A stretch of 20,000 nucleotides of DNA, from IMG/VR virus record IMGVR_UViG_3300032220_001209, one strand, 5' to 3'. This stretch comes from an uncultured virus (IMG/VR IMGVR_UViG_3300032220_001209) (Duplodnaviria; Heunggongvirae; Uroviricota; Caudoviricetes). This document shows, in pieces, positions 8,412-17,678 of this stretch. A program made the translations under genes and the position numbers. Below the pieces are notes generated by a model that was given only the letters and a program-made list of their open reading frames with translations, was not told the DNA's origin and made no database searches. Position 1 is the first letter of the stretch, and every line of letters starts with the position of its first letter.

Positions 8412-8723
8412 TTATTTTTTCTTTTTTTTGGCAGGTTTTTCGTCTTCGTCTTCAAAATCTACGTCTATTTCTTCGTCAAGATCTTCTATATCTTCTTCAG
8501 ACTCGTCTTCACTGTCTTCACTGTCTTCGCTGTCTTCATCAGTATCATCCTCATCTTCAAAATAAGAATCATCAGAATCAGTATCTTCTTCGTCTGAATC
8601 TATTTCGTAAATGTAGTTTTCAATGATTGATTTAATCTCAGTTTGTTTTTCTTGTATTTTTTCTATAGAGTCGTCAATTTGTTCAAACAGTTTGTCAATT
8701 TTCTTTTGATTAAGTTTAGCCAT
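8412..8723 (-). CDS. Highly acidic low-complexity protein (103 aa)
   Basis: GGGAGG SD and TAAATA at 8751-8756. N-terminal coiled coil, long D/E tract and KKKKK tail. Confidence 0.75.
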   Translation of the reverse strand: MAKLNQKKIDKLFEQIDDSIEKIQEKQTEIKSIIENYIYEIDSDEEDTDSDDSYFEDEDDTDEDSEDSEDSEDESEEDIEDLDEEIDVDFEDEDEKPAKKKKK

Positions 8724-8843
8724 AGTGATCCTCCCATTGTGTGGTGATGTTATTTAATTTATAATTGAAAAATTTTAAATGACCATTTAAAACAAATTAT
8801 ATACCTAGATAACTGCGTACATTATTGCTGTAAATATTAAGTC

Positions 8844-9314
8844 ATGACAATATCAAACATACTTAAACCTATCAGTGTGGCTCTAGCTATATTCTTAGCT
8901 GCAGACTACTCCCTTGCTGGACCATTGCCTGACTACTCGTTCAAAAGCCCTGCTTTTAATGGCAATGGTTACAGCACTCACGAGTTGACCAAGTATAACC
9001 TGGAACAAACTCGTGCCAAGGAGATTCAACAGGCCTTGGAATCCAAAGCTGCGGCTGCCAAAGCAGAGGCCAAGAACACTCCAATCAATCAGTTCATGGT
9101 CAATTTGGAATCAAGAATTTATGCACAGATCAGTCAAAATCTAGCCACTGCCATGTTTGCGGATGGGGCAGCCACCACTGGCAGCATGACCTTCCAGGGC
9201 AACACCATATACTGGAACAAGAACGGCACCACGAGCATCACGTTGATGGTGACAGATACTCTGGGCAACAACACAACCATAGAAGTGCCATTGGGACAAT
9301 TTACATTTAATTAA
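8844..9314 (+). CDS. csgF: Curli assembly component CsgF-like
   Basis: Signal peptide, N-terminal YSFKSPAFNGNG and F..NLESRIYAQISQNL, immediately upstream of csgG. Confidence 0.8.
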   Translation: MTISNILKPISVALAIFLAADYSLAGPLPDYSFKSPAFNGNGYSTHELTKYNLEQTRAKEIQQALESKAAAAKAEAKNTPINQFMVNLESRIYAQISQNLATAMFADGAATTGSMTFQGNTIYWNKNGTTSITLMVTDTLGNNTTIEVPLGQFTFN

Positions 9315-9315
9315 T

Positions 9316-10173
9316 ATGATAAAAATTGCTTTGACATTGGGATTATTATTGCTGAGTAATTGTGCAGTGATGCAGAAGGCCGGCATGGAAAGCAAACCTG
9401 AAATCACTGAGATGAAAATGCAAAAAGAATTTGACACAGTACCTACACCAGCACAGAAGAAGATCACTGTGGCAGTGTACAGTTTTCAAGACAAGACAGG
9501 ACAGCGCAGGAACACTCCCAACGTGGCCAGTTTCTCCACAGCGGTCACCCAGGGTGCGGAACCATTCCTGATCAAGGCCCTGCAGGACGTGGGCAAGGGT
9601 CAATGGTTTGATGTGGTGGAGCGAGTGAACGTGGACAACCTGATCAAGGAGAGAACCATCATCAAACAGATGAGAGACATGTATGAGGGCGGCAATGCCA
9701 AGAGTGTGCCACCATTGCAATTTGCAGGCATCATTGTGGAAGGTGGCATCATAGGCTACGACAGCGGTATGGAGTCAGGTGGAGCTGCTTACAAATGGTT
9801 GGGCATAGGACCACAATCACAATATTCCAAAGACGTAGTGACCATCAGTTTAAGAGCAGTATCAGTGAGCAGCGGCAAGGTGTTGGCTACTATCACAGTG
9901 AGCAAGACAATTTACAGCACAGCAGACAGCATTGCCATATTGAAAGCATTCAGAGGCGGCACTGCATTTTTTGAAGCTGAGACAGGACTTACTATCAACG
10001 AACCCACCACTCTGGCAGTAAAGGCCACAGTCGAGGCAGCAGTGGTGGAATTAATAAATGAAGGCGAGCGCAAAGGTATTTGGAGTTTTAAAGATCCTAA
10101 ACCTGAGAACCTAGACGAGTGGTATGAAAATAATAACCAACAATTAAACAAAAAACAAGAGGAACAAAAATGA
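9316..10173 (+). CDS. csgG: Curli secretion channel CsgG/HfaB family lipoprotein
   Basis: Lipobox LLLSNC, AVYSFQDKTGQRR, FSTAVTQGA, WFDVVER...NLIKERTII, EGGIIGYD and DVVTISLRAVSV. Confidence 0.92.
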   Translation: MIKIALTLGLLLLSNCAVMQKAGMESKPEITEMKMQKEFDTVPTPAQKKITVAVYSFQDKTGQRRNTPNVASFSTAVTQGAEPFLIKALQDVGKGQWFDVVERVNVDNLIKERTIIKQMRDMYEGGNAKSVPPLQFAGIIVEGGIIGYDSGMESGGAAYKWLGIGPQSQYSKDVVTISLRAVSVSSGKVLATITVSKTIYSTADSIAILKAFRGGTAFFEAETGLTINEPTTLAVKATVEAAVVELINEGERKGIWSFKDPKPENLDEWYENNNQQLNKKQEEQK

Positions 10174-11117
10174 AAAATATGAAAATAATAATTCCTTGCT
10201 TGGTTACCATACTATATTCAACATCAGCTTTGTCTGATGATAATTTGATTTATATTGACCAAGTGGGTTCGTCATCTGACGTCACAGTGACACAGACAGG
10301 CAGTGGCAACACAGTGGGTGGTACCAGTGGTGCGGCTGCAACAGGTAATAGAGCGTCTTTGTCAGGATCAGATCAAACCATCAGTGTGACACAAACTGGC
10401 GATGGCAACACATTAAAATTAAAAACACAAGATGGATCCACAGGAACCAGCACAACGAACTATTCAGCGACCGGTGACAACAACACGTCTATCGTGGACA
10501 CTGTGAGCTCGGGTGCAGGTAACACCATCAATCAAACCATATATGGTAACACCAACACTACCAATGTCAATGTTAGAGGCAACAGTGGTGCCAACTCTGT
10601 GACCACAAATATTGGAACATCGGGTGCCAACAGCAACAGCAACACTGTGAATCAAAGTACCAGCGGTACTCTGAACAGTCAAACTGTGAGCATCACAGGT
10701 GGCAACAGCAACACCGTAACTGTGCTGCAAGGCAAAGGATCTTCTCTGACCAATGATATCACAGTGCCCACCACTTCAGGCACGTTGTTGGGATTAGATT
10801 CCGCCACATTTGGATCTGGCTCAACCAGTGACAAGGCCACTGCTTCAGTAACCATACAGGGTGGCAGCAACAATGTGAGAATTGGACAGGTGGGTGGAGA
10901 TGCCACAGGCAACTCGGCCACTGTGGACATCTTAGGATCTTCCAACGGCATCAGCATTGCACAACAGGGACTGGGACACAGCTCATCTAGTTTGACTGTG
11001 ACTGGTGGCAGCAACACTTTGAACGTGGGACAGAATGCCACGTCAGGCAACACCAATACTACCACTATGAGTGTGACTGGCAGCAACAACTTGGTCAACA
11101 TACAACAAAATCACTAG
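10170..11117 (+). CDS. Curlin-repeat (CsgA/CsgB-like) secreted protein 1
   Basis: Signal peptide and S/T/G/N-rich repeats of the hxQxGxxNxh type (IYIDQVG, VTQTGSGN, VTQTGDGN, IQGGSNN, VTGSNN), directly after csgG. Confidence 0.8.
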   Translation: MKNMKIIIPCLVTILYSTSALSDDNLIYIDQVGSSSDVTVTQTGSGNTVGGTSGAAATGNRASLSGSDQTISVTQTGDGNTLKLKTQDGSTGTSTTNYSATGDNNTSIVDTVSSGAGNTINQTIYGNTNTTNVNVRGNSGANSVTTNIGTSGANSNSNTVNQSTSGTLNSQTVSITGGNSNTVTVLQGKGSSLTNDITVPTTSGTLLGLDSATFGSGSTSDKATASVTIQGGSNNVRIGQVGGDATGNSATVDILGSSNGISIAQQGLGHSSSSLTVTGGSNTLNVGQNATSGNTNTTTMSVTGSNNLVNIQQNH

Positions 11118-11126
11118 GAATGTCCA

Positions 11127-11948
11127 ATGAGACTTCTAAATTGGCTCACAGCAGGATTGATACTTTCCTCAACAGCCTGCTGGGCAGCTGATAACGAAGC
11201 CTACATTGATCAACTGGGAGAATATGCCACCATCTATGTGGAACAGGATGGTTCAGCCAACAGCCTGGGTGGAGTGGACGGACCCATATGGTACAGCAAT
11301 CCTGCCATGATGTATGGTGATGGTCAAAACGTGGACATCAGACAGGTAGGGTCTGGCAACTATTTAAAATTTTCCATCTTCACCAAATTGGAAGACTACG
11401 AATATACCAGAACCGGAGTCACATGCACAGGAGTGTGCGGTGAAGCGGATGCCAACGAGTTCGTGGTGTACACCACTGGCTACGGCAATCTAGGCACAGT
11501 GAACGTCAATGCCGATGGAGAAGTGGAAACATCTGGCATAGCACTGTACCTTTCGGAGACTGGAGATTTCAATGAGAGCAACATATCCATCACTGGGTTG
11601 AAGCACACAGTGGTGCTGCTGACCATGGGAGATGTGAACACATTCAACAGTGTGACCACAGGCGAAGAGAACTTCTCCTATGCCAGTGTGACCGGATATC
11701 TCAATAATATTTCTATCACTCAGAGTGGCACTAAAGGTTTGGTCATATTGGACATAGCAGGCAATCAGAACACTGCCACTGTCACTCAATCAGGTGGCGG
11801 GGCATTGGGTCATTGGACCAATCTTTCTGTCAGTGGCAATCTCAACACTCACACCATAGCACAGTCGGGCACAGCCGCAGACAGTGTGGTGGATATCAAG
11901 ACCACGGGCGGCAGCAACAACTTTAACATCAACGTGAATTCAAGATAA
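11127..11948 (+). CDS. Curlin-repeat secreted protein 2
   Basis: Signal peptide, AYIDQLG, VEQDGSAN, IRQVGSGN, IAGNQNTATVTQSG and VSGNLNTHTIAQSG. Confidence 0.75.
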   Translation: MRLLNWLTAGLILSSTACWAADNEAYIDQLGEYATIYVEQDGSANSLGGVDGPIWYSNPAMMYGDGQNVDIRQVGSGNYLKFSIFTKLEDYEYTRTGVTCTGVCGEADANEFVVYTTGYGNLGTVNVNADGEVETSGIALYLSETGDFNESNISITGLKHTVVLLTMGDVNTFNSVTTGEENFSYASVTGYLNNISITQSGTKGLVILDIAGNQNTATVTQSGGGALGHWTNLSVSGNLNTHTIAQSGTAADSVVDIKTTGGSNNFNINVNSR

Positions 11949-13069
11949 TGAAAAAGATCCTATTATTGATGCTGTTATACACCACTGCTGTGTATCCAGC
12001 AGCCATAGGAACCATCACAGAACAAACAGCAGCACCAGGTTCTATTGTGAGAAATAAGAATACCATCACAGGCACCAAAGGCACAGGCATAGAGATGCAG
12101 GATGCTGTGAACACTGCCAAGGGCAAAGTGGGCATAACATTTGAAGATGCCACTCGAGTGGAAGTGAATGAAAATTCCAAACTCGTGATAGATGATTTCG
12201 TTTATGACGCTAAAAAAGGTTCAGGCAAATTGGCCATGAAGTTTGCCGAAGGCACAGTGAGATATGCCTCGGGTGCTATTGCCAGCAAGAATCCCAACTC
12301 AGTCAACATCAACACACCATCTGCCACCATCGCAGTGCGAGGCACGGACTTCACTGCCACTGTGGATGAAGTGGGTGCTAGCACCATTATTCTATTGCCC
12401 AGTTGTCCCAAAGGTTGGGCAGACATAGACAGAGATTGCAAGACAGGGGTCATTGATGTGATGAACAATGCAGGCACAGTCACTTTAAACAAACCCTTTC
12501 AAGGTACCAGAGTGGAAAATAGAAACACCATGCCATTAAAACCTACCATACTGAGTTTGAATTTAGATACCATCAATAACCTGTTGATTGTGAGTCCTCC
12601 CAAAGAGATCAAACAAGCACAGGAACAATATGACAACGAAGCAAAAAACACAGCCAGCATGCTGAATGAAAATCTATTGGACAGCAAGGATTTTTTAAAA
12701 GATGAATTGAAAAGCAGGAACGAGTTTGGAGATAATCCCCTGTTGGAAGATCTACTGGGACAAAATTTCTTGGCCAACATCTTTGATATATTGGAACAAC
12801 AAATAAAAAATGAAAGAAAAGCGGTGTTAAAAAGTGCATTGGTCCCAGAAGGTGACAGCCTGCTGCCGGACTACAATCCTGACACAGGAGTAAAGGCCAC
12901 AGTGGGTGCATCGGAAGTGACGCTGTGCCGCAATGATGGCAGCAACAATCAGTGCATCACCACACCGCGCGGCCAGAGCAGCACAATCATACAAGGTCAA
13001 GGACCAGTCAGCATTCAGAATAGAGTTAACTCAGGTGGCAGCACAACCATAACAGTGATACAAAAATGA
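11948..13069 (+). CDS. Exported FecR-domain protein
   Basis: Signal peptide and FecR beta-domain motifs MQDAVNT, ITFEDATRVEVNENSKLVID and INTPSATIAVRGTDF. Confidence 0.82.
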   Translation: MKKILLLMLLYTTAVYPAAIGTITEQTAAPGSIVRNKNTITGTKGTGIEMQDAVNTAKGKVGITFEDATRVEVNENSKLVIDDFVYDAKKGSGKLAMKFAEGTVRYASGAIASKNPNSVNINTPSATIAVRGTDFTATVDEVGASTIILLPSCPKGWADIDRDCKTGVIDVMNNAGTVTLNKPFQGTRVENRNTMPLKPTILSLNLDTINNLLIVSPPKEIKQAQEQYDNEAKNTASMLNENLLDSKDFLKDELKSRNEFGDNPLLEDLLGQNFLANIFDILEQQIKNERKAVLKSALVPEGDSLLPDYNPDTGVKATVGASEVTLCRNDGSNNQCITTPRGQSSTIIQGQGPVSIQNRVNSGGSTTITVIQK

Positions 13070-14448
13070 GAAATATATTAATAAGTTTAATGTTGATGTT
13101 GTTTTTTGCCAATTCAAAAGCACAAGCAATTGCTTACTCTCCCAATGGCACCACAGGATTGAATCTTGTTTACAATGGTGATGTTGATGATACATTTTTT
13201 ACTGTTAATCTACCTTGGACTGTAAATTTTTTAGGAAGTAATTATGGTACTATCTATGTAGGTTCTAATGGTTATATTACATTTTCATCAGGTAATAATA
13301 CATATAGTGGATTTTCTCCTTCTAATCCTGGAGGCCCACATTTAAGTATAATTCCAGGTGACCGTAGATTACGTAAATTATATTCTGCTGAACTTAATGC
13401 TGGAACTTCTAATGCTAAATTTGTTATTAGAGTGGAAGGAGTTGATTATTCTAATGCAGGCATTACTCACATATACGAAGTTCATTTTTATTCTGGTCAA
13501 TCTTATTATGATGTTTACTTTGTTGATTCTCCATCATCAGGAAATCAAAACGGTGGGACCACAGCCATCAGTAATGGATCTGCATATGTATTAAATTTCA
13601 GCTCAACAGAATCAACTGGCATAAGAATTAATTCCAACGGAACTCTGTATGTTGAGTCTTCACCTGTGGGCGGTGGAGGCAGTTACACCAGCAACATCAC
13701 AAACACACAACAAACCAACATCACTGCCAATAGAAACAGAACCACAGCCCTGAACAACGGCAATGAGATCTACATAGATCAAGTGGGAAACAATAACACA
13801 ACAACAATCACTCAAAAAGGTAATAATAATAAAATCACAGGTACCACACAGCAAACTGCCACCATATCAGGCAACAGCAACTCTACCACTATCAGACAGA
13901 ACAGTGGCACCGGTAAAAATTTAATAGATTTAAATGTGACCGGCACGGGCAGCAACACTCTCAATCTCAACCAGGGCTATCTGTCAGATGGCACACTGAG
14001 TGGCAATCAATTGGGCAACAACTATCAGAAAGTGGATGTGCAGGGCAACAACAACTCACTGACCACTCAGCAGAATAGAGATGTGGGCACTGCGGGCAAT
14101 TACATGGAACACACTGTGATCGGCAACTATAATTCTATCACCAGCACACAGTCTGGAGACAACAAACTGTTATTCAATTCTATCACGGGCAACAACAACA
14201 CCGTTAGCACCACACAGTCAGGCACAGGTGCTCAACACTACATTGACTTGACACTGAATGGTGCAGGCAACACTGCCACTGTGAATCAGAGTGGCAACAC
14301 ACAGAACAAGGCCACCATAGTGATCAACAATTTGGGTGGATCAGCGGGTGTGAATCTCACACAGACCGGCGGGCAAACCTACAACATCACTACCAACTGC
14401 GTGACACTGGGCGGTTGCGGCACTACCACGGTGAACCAAGCACAATAA
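13066..14448 (+). CDS. Curlin-repeat secreted protein 3 with extra N-terminal (NIDO-like) domain
   Basis: Signal peptide, N-domain DDTFFTVNLPWTVNFLG..YVGSNGYITF, and C-terminal curlin repeats (EIYIDQVGNNN, ITQKGNNN, VQGNNN, ITGNNN, VNQSGN). Confidence 0.75.
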   Translation: MRNILISLMLMLFFANSKAQAIAYSPNGTTGLNLVYNGDVDDTFFTVNLPWTVNFLGSNYGTIYVGSNGYITFSSGNNTYSGFSPSNPGGPHLSIIPGDRRLRKLYSAELNAGTSNAKFVIRVEGVDYSNAGITHIYEVHFYSGQSYYDVYFVDSPSSGNQNGGTTAISNGSAYVLNFSSTESTGIRINSNGTLYVESSPVGGGGSYTSNITNTQQTNITANRNRTTALNNGNEIYIDQVGNNNTTTITQKGNNNKITGTTQQTATISGNSNSTTIRQNSGTGKNLIDLNVTGTGSNTLNLNQGYLSDGTLSGNQLGNNYQKVDVQGNNNSLTTQQNRDVGTAGNYMEHTVIGNYNSITSTQSGDNKLLFNSITGNNNTVSTTQSGTGAQHYIDLTLNGAGNTATVNQSGNTQNKATIVINNLGGSAGVNLTQTGGQTYNITTNCVTLGGCGTTTVNQAQ

Positions 14449-14459
14449 ATACTCATATT

Positions 14460-16496
14460 ATGAAATGGGTCAGTCCTTGGACAGCAATCATCACTTTGAT
14501 ATTAATCCTCACTGTTAGGATGGCAGACCCCGCATTTGTGGAGAGTGTGCGACTGAGATACTTTGACACTCTGATCACTGGCAAAACTGCCACACAAAAC
14601 AACATATACACTGTTAACATTGACGAGAAGAGTTTGGAGCAGTATGGGCAATGGCCATTCCCCCGAGATGTGTATGGCCGGATTATCCAAGATTTGTATG
14701 ACAGAGGAGCAGGACTGGTGGTGTTCAACGTGCTGATGCCAGAACCAGATCGCAGTGGCAAAGATGCGACATTGGCAGAAACCATGAAAAAACATCCTGT
14801 GGTGTTGAGCAATGTGCCAGCACAACAGACCAAGAATGAACCCCGAGTGCCAGGCTCAGCAGTGCTGGGACCAGAACATCTTAACACCATTGTGAAATAT
14901 TCAGGCATGATTGCCAATATACCGTCATTGGAAAATGCTGCTGTGGGAGTGGGAACCACCAACACACTGCCAGAGATAGATGGCGTGAACCGACGACTGC
15001 CTCTGATAGTCACTGTGGATGGAAAATTATATCCCAACCTTGCAGTGGAAACTCTGAGAGTGGCCACAAACAATTCTACATTTCAAGTCAAGTTAAATGT
15101 GAATGGTGTGGAGAAGATGAGACTGCCTGGAGACATAGGCATCATTGACACAGACTCCTTAGGCAGAGTATGGATAGATTGGAGTCAACGGAATCACTCA
15201 GTGTCTTTAAATGATCTACCCGCAGACTTCAAAGGATCCATAGTGATAGTGGGCACATCAGCAGCAGGCATAGCCAATCCAGTGGCCACAGCCATAGGAC
15301 CAGTTTGGCCTCAGGATCTACAAGCAGCCGTGATAGGCACCATGATCAACAAAGTGAATATCAAGAGACCTGATTGGGCAGAGGGTGCAGAAGCAATCAG
15401 TTTAATACTATTGTCCTTGACTTTATTATTTTTAAGCAGATGGGTTTATGTGGGCATGGCAATGGGAGTCATTATGATTGTTGCCGTGGTTCCTTTGAGC
15501 AATCTTTTTTACACACACAATCTTTGGCTGTTGGATGGCACTCTACTGGTGGCAGGATTGACATTGGTGATGCTGCATGCCTATGGTATCAAATTTGTCA
15601 GTGAGTATCTACAGAAACAGAGAATCAAGAAACAATTTGGTGGATATGCATCTCCCATGGTGGTTGAAATGTTGCAGAAGAATCCAGACATAATCAAACA
15701 AGGTATTAAGAAAGAAGTCAGCATTTGTTTTTCAGATCTGCGTGGATTCACTCCACTGGGAGAATCATTTGGCGATGATGTGAAAGGATTGACTGAAGTG
15801 ATGAATGGTTATATGGATGCCATCACACAACCTGTGTTGGATGCCAACGGCATGATCATCAAGTACATTGGTGATGCCAGCATGCACATTCACAATGCAC
15901 CCATGGATGATCCAGAACATCCTAAAACAGCAGTGCAGACTGCTCTCCGCATGTTGAAGGCAGTGGAACGTTTCAATGAGACATTAACAGCCAAAGGTAG
16001 ACCCATTGTGGGCATGGGTGCTGGTATCAACACTGGTCTGGGTTATATCGGTGAAATGGGCAGCACACAGCGACATTCATATGATGTGTTGGGTGATGCT
16101 GTGAGCACCACAGCAAGATTGGAAAGTCAATGCAAGAACTATGGAGTGCTATTGATAGTGGGTCCTGAAACCCATCGCAGAACTGAAAATGATTTCTTCT
16201 ATCTCAAACTGGATGATTTGGCAGTGAAAGGCAAAACTGTGGGGCTGGACATCTACACAGTGCTGGATTTAAATTCCTTAGAACATGCTCAAGACAAAGA
16301 ATTGCACAATGCCATGCATGCGGATTATCGCAATCAAAAATTTGATGCAGCCATTGCAAAATGTAAAAAATTAAAAGGCAGTTTCAATGGTCTGATGGAC
16401 AAATATTATAAGATGTGGCAGGAACGTTGTGAATACATGCAAACACAAACACTGCCCACAGACTGGAATGGTGTGTTTATTGCCACCACCAAATAG
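14460..16496 (+). CDS. CHASE2-domain class III adenylate/guanylate cyclase
   Basis: N-terminal TM, CHASE2 motifs (IDEKSL..YGQWPFPR, EPDR..D, DGVNRRLPL), three TM helices, and cyclase motifs FSDLRGFT, IKYIGDA, GINTG, YDVLGDAVSTTARLES and VKGK. Start placed at ATG 14460. Confidence 0.9.
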   Translation: MKWVSPWTAIITLILILTVRMADPAFVESVRLRYFDTLITGKTATQNNIYTVNIDEKSLEQYGQWPFPRDVYGRIIQDLYDRGAGLVVFNVLMPEPDRSGKDATLAETMKKHPVVLSNVPAQQTKNEPRVPGSAVLGPEHLNTIVKYSGMIANIPSLENAAVGVGTTNTLPEIDGVNRRLPLIVTVDGKLYPNLAVETLRVATNNSTFQVKLNVNGVEKMRLPGDIGIIDTDSLGRVWIDWSQRNHSVSLNDLPADFKGSIVIVGTSAAGIANPVATAIGPVWPQDLQAAVIGTMINKVNIKRPDWAEGAEAISLILLSLTLLFLSRWVYVGMAMGVIMIVAVVPLSNLFYTHNLWLLDGTLLVAGLTLVMLHAYGIKFVSEYLQKQRIKKQFGGYASPMVVEMLQKNPDIIKQGIKKEVSICFSDLRGFTPLGESFGDDVKGLTEVMNGYMDAITQPVLDANGMIIKYIGDASMHIHNAPMDDPEHPKTAVQTALRMLKAVERFNETLTAKGRPIVGMGAGINTGLGYIGEMGSTQRHSYDVLGDAVSTTARLESQCKNYGVLLIVGPETHRRTENDFFYLKLDDLAVKGKTVGLDIYTVLDLNSLEHAQDKELHNAMHADYRNQKFDAAIAKCKKLKGSFNGLMDKYYKMWQERCEYMQTQTLPTDWNGVFIATTK

Positions 16497-16511
16497 ATAA
16501 ATACACATATT

Positions 16512-16790
16512 ATGGACTTTCTTAAATTAGCCATTGACGTGGGATTTCCCATTGCAGCAGCAGTGGCTTGTGGATTCTTTGTGTTCCTCACACTGAAATT
16601 TATATTGGCATCAGTGACATCAGATGTGAAGAAACTCAGCGGTATCATTGAAGCCTTGGACAACCGTGTCAAGACCATGAATGCAGATGTGATACGCATT
16701 GACACATTGGTGAGCTCCACTTTAAACATACGCCCTGATCTGGAACGCATTGGCCGAGCAGATGGCAAAACCGACGCAAGGAAAGATTAG
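16512..16790 (+). CDS. Small membrane protein, holin candidate A
   Basis: One TM helix after GFPIAAA followed by a coiled coil, upstream of the endolysin. Function is inferred from position. Confidence 0.6.
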   Translation: MDFLKLAIDVGFPIAAAVACGFFVFLTLKFILASVTSDVKKLSGIIEALDNRVKTMNADVIRIDTLVSSTLNIRPDLERIGRADGKTDARKD

Positions 16791-16791
16791 C

Positions 16792-17061
16792 ATGGGCAAA
16801 GATCTAGTGGTTCTAATCAATCAGTATGGTTTTCCTATTATTGCTGCGTTCGGCATGGGCTACTTTATCTACTTTGTGTGGAAGTGGGTGACCACTGAAA
16901 TTAAACCTGTGATGAGCGAAACCAGTAAAACACTCATAGCATTGGTGGACCGAATCAGAATGTTGGACAATGACTTGATCAGATTGAACACCAAATTGAA
17001 TGTGATACTGGAACATCAAGAAGAACAACAAAAACAACGTCAACCTAAGGAACCCCGATGA
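16792..17061 (+). CDS. Small membrane protein, holin candidate B (paralog of A)
   Basis: YGFPIIAA TM helix plus coiled coil (LVDRIRMLDNDLIRLN). Starts 1 nt after the stop of A and overlaps the endolysin start. Confidence 0.6.
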   Translation: MGKDLVVLINQYGFPIIAAFGMGYFIYFVWKWVTTEIKPVMSETSKTLIALVDRIRMLDNDLIRLNTKLNVILEHQEEQQKQRQPKEPR

Positions 17062-17678
17062 GCTTTACTTTTGACTTCACTGAAAATAAATTTGCACAAC
17101 TGATCAGCAACAACACCCAAGAATGGTATCAAGCCTTGGTGAACAATCTACCTCTGTATGATATCAACACTCCAGAGCGAGTGGCAGCATTCATTGCACA
17201 GTGTGCTCATGAATCGGGTGGATTTCGTAGATTGAAAGAAAATTTAAATTACAAGTGGGAGAGTTTGAGACGAGTGTTTCCTAAATATTTCCCCACAGAC
17301 GATGTGGCACAGGAATACGCACACAAACCCGAACAGATTGCCAACAGGATATACGGCAGCAGAATGGGCAATGGTGATGAAAGCTCAGGCGATGGATTCC
17401 GATATTGTGGCAGAGGATTGATACAATTGACCGGCAAAAACAATTACACTAAATTTGCTGAAAGTATAGGCATGGCAGTGGAAGAAGTGCCCACACTGTT
17501 GGAGACCTATGACGGTGCTGTGAAATCAGCCTGCTGGTTTTGGAGCAGCAACAACTTAAATCAATGGGCTGATGCAGGGGACATACTGACCATGACCAAA
17601 CGCATCAACGGTGGTACCATTGGTTTGGAAGATCGTATCAAACATTACAATCATGCTATGGAAGTGCTGCAGAATTAA
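17058..17678 (+). CDS. Glycoside hydrolase family 19 endolysin
   Basis: AAFIAQCAHESGGF, ENLNY, IANRIYGSRMGNG, GRGLIQLTGKNNY and TKRINGG.IGLEDR. Confidence 0.9.
   Translation: MSFTFDFTENKFAQLISNNTQEWYQALVNNLPLYDINTPERVAAFIAQCAHESGGFRRLKENLNYKWESLRRVFPKYFPTDDVAQEYAHKPEQIANRIYGSRMGNGDESSGDGFRYCGRGLIQLTGKNNYTKFAESIGMAVEEVPTLLETYDGAVKSACWFWSSNNLNQWADAGDILTMTKRINGGTIGLEDRIKHYNHAMEVLQN

Noticed and set aside
8440..8600. TCTTCA/TCTTCG-type tandem repeats as a repeat array or CRISPR
   Set aside because: They are explained by Asp/Glu/Ser codons of the acidic protein, and there are no constant repeats with unique spacers.
9141..15604. Antisense or alternate-frame ORFs across the curli cluster (e.g. 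10679-11101, 14453-15073)
   Set aside because: They are shadows of motif-supported plus-strand genes with biased codon use.
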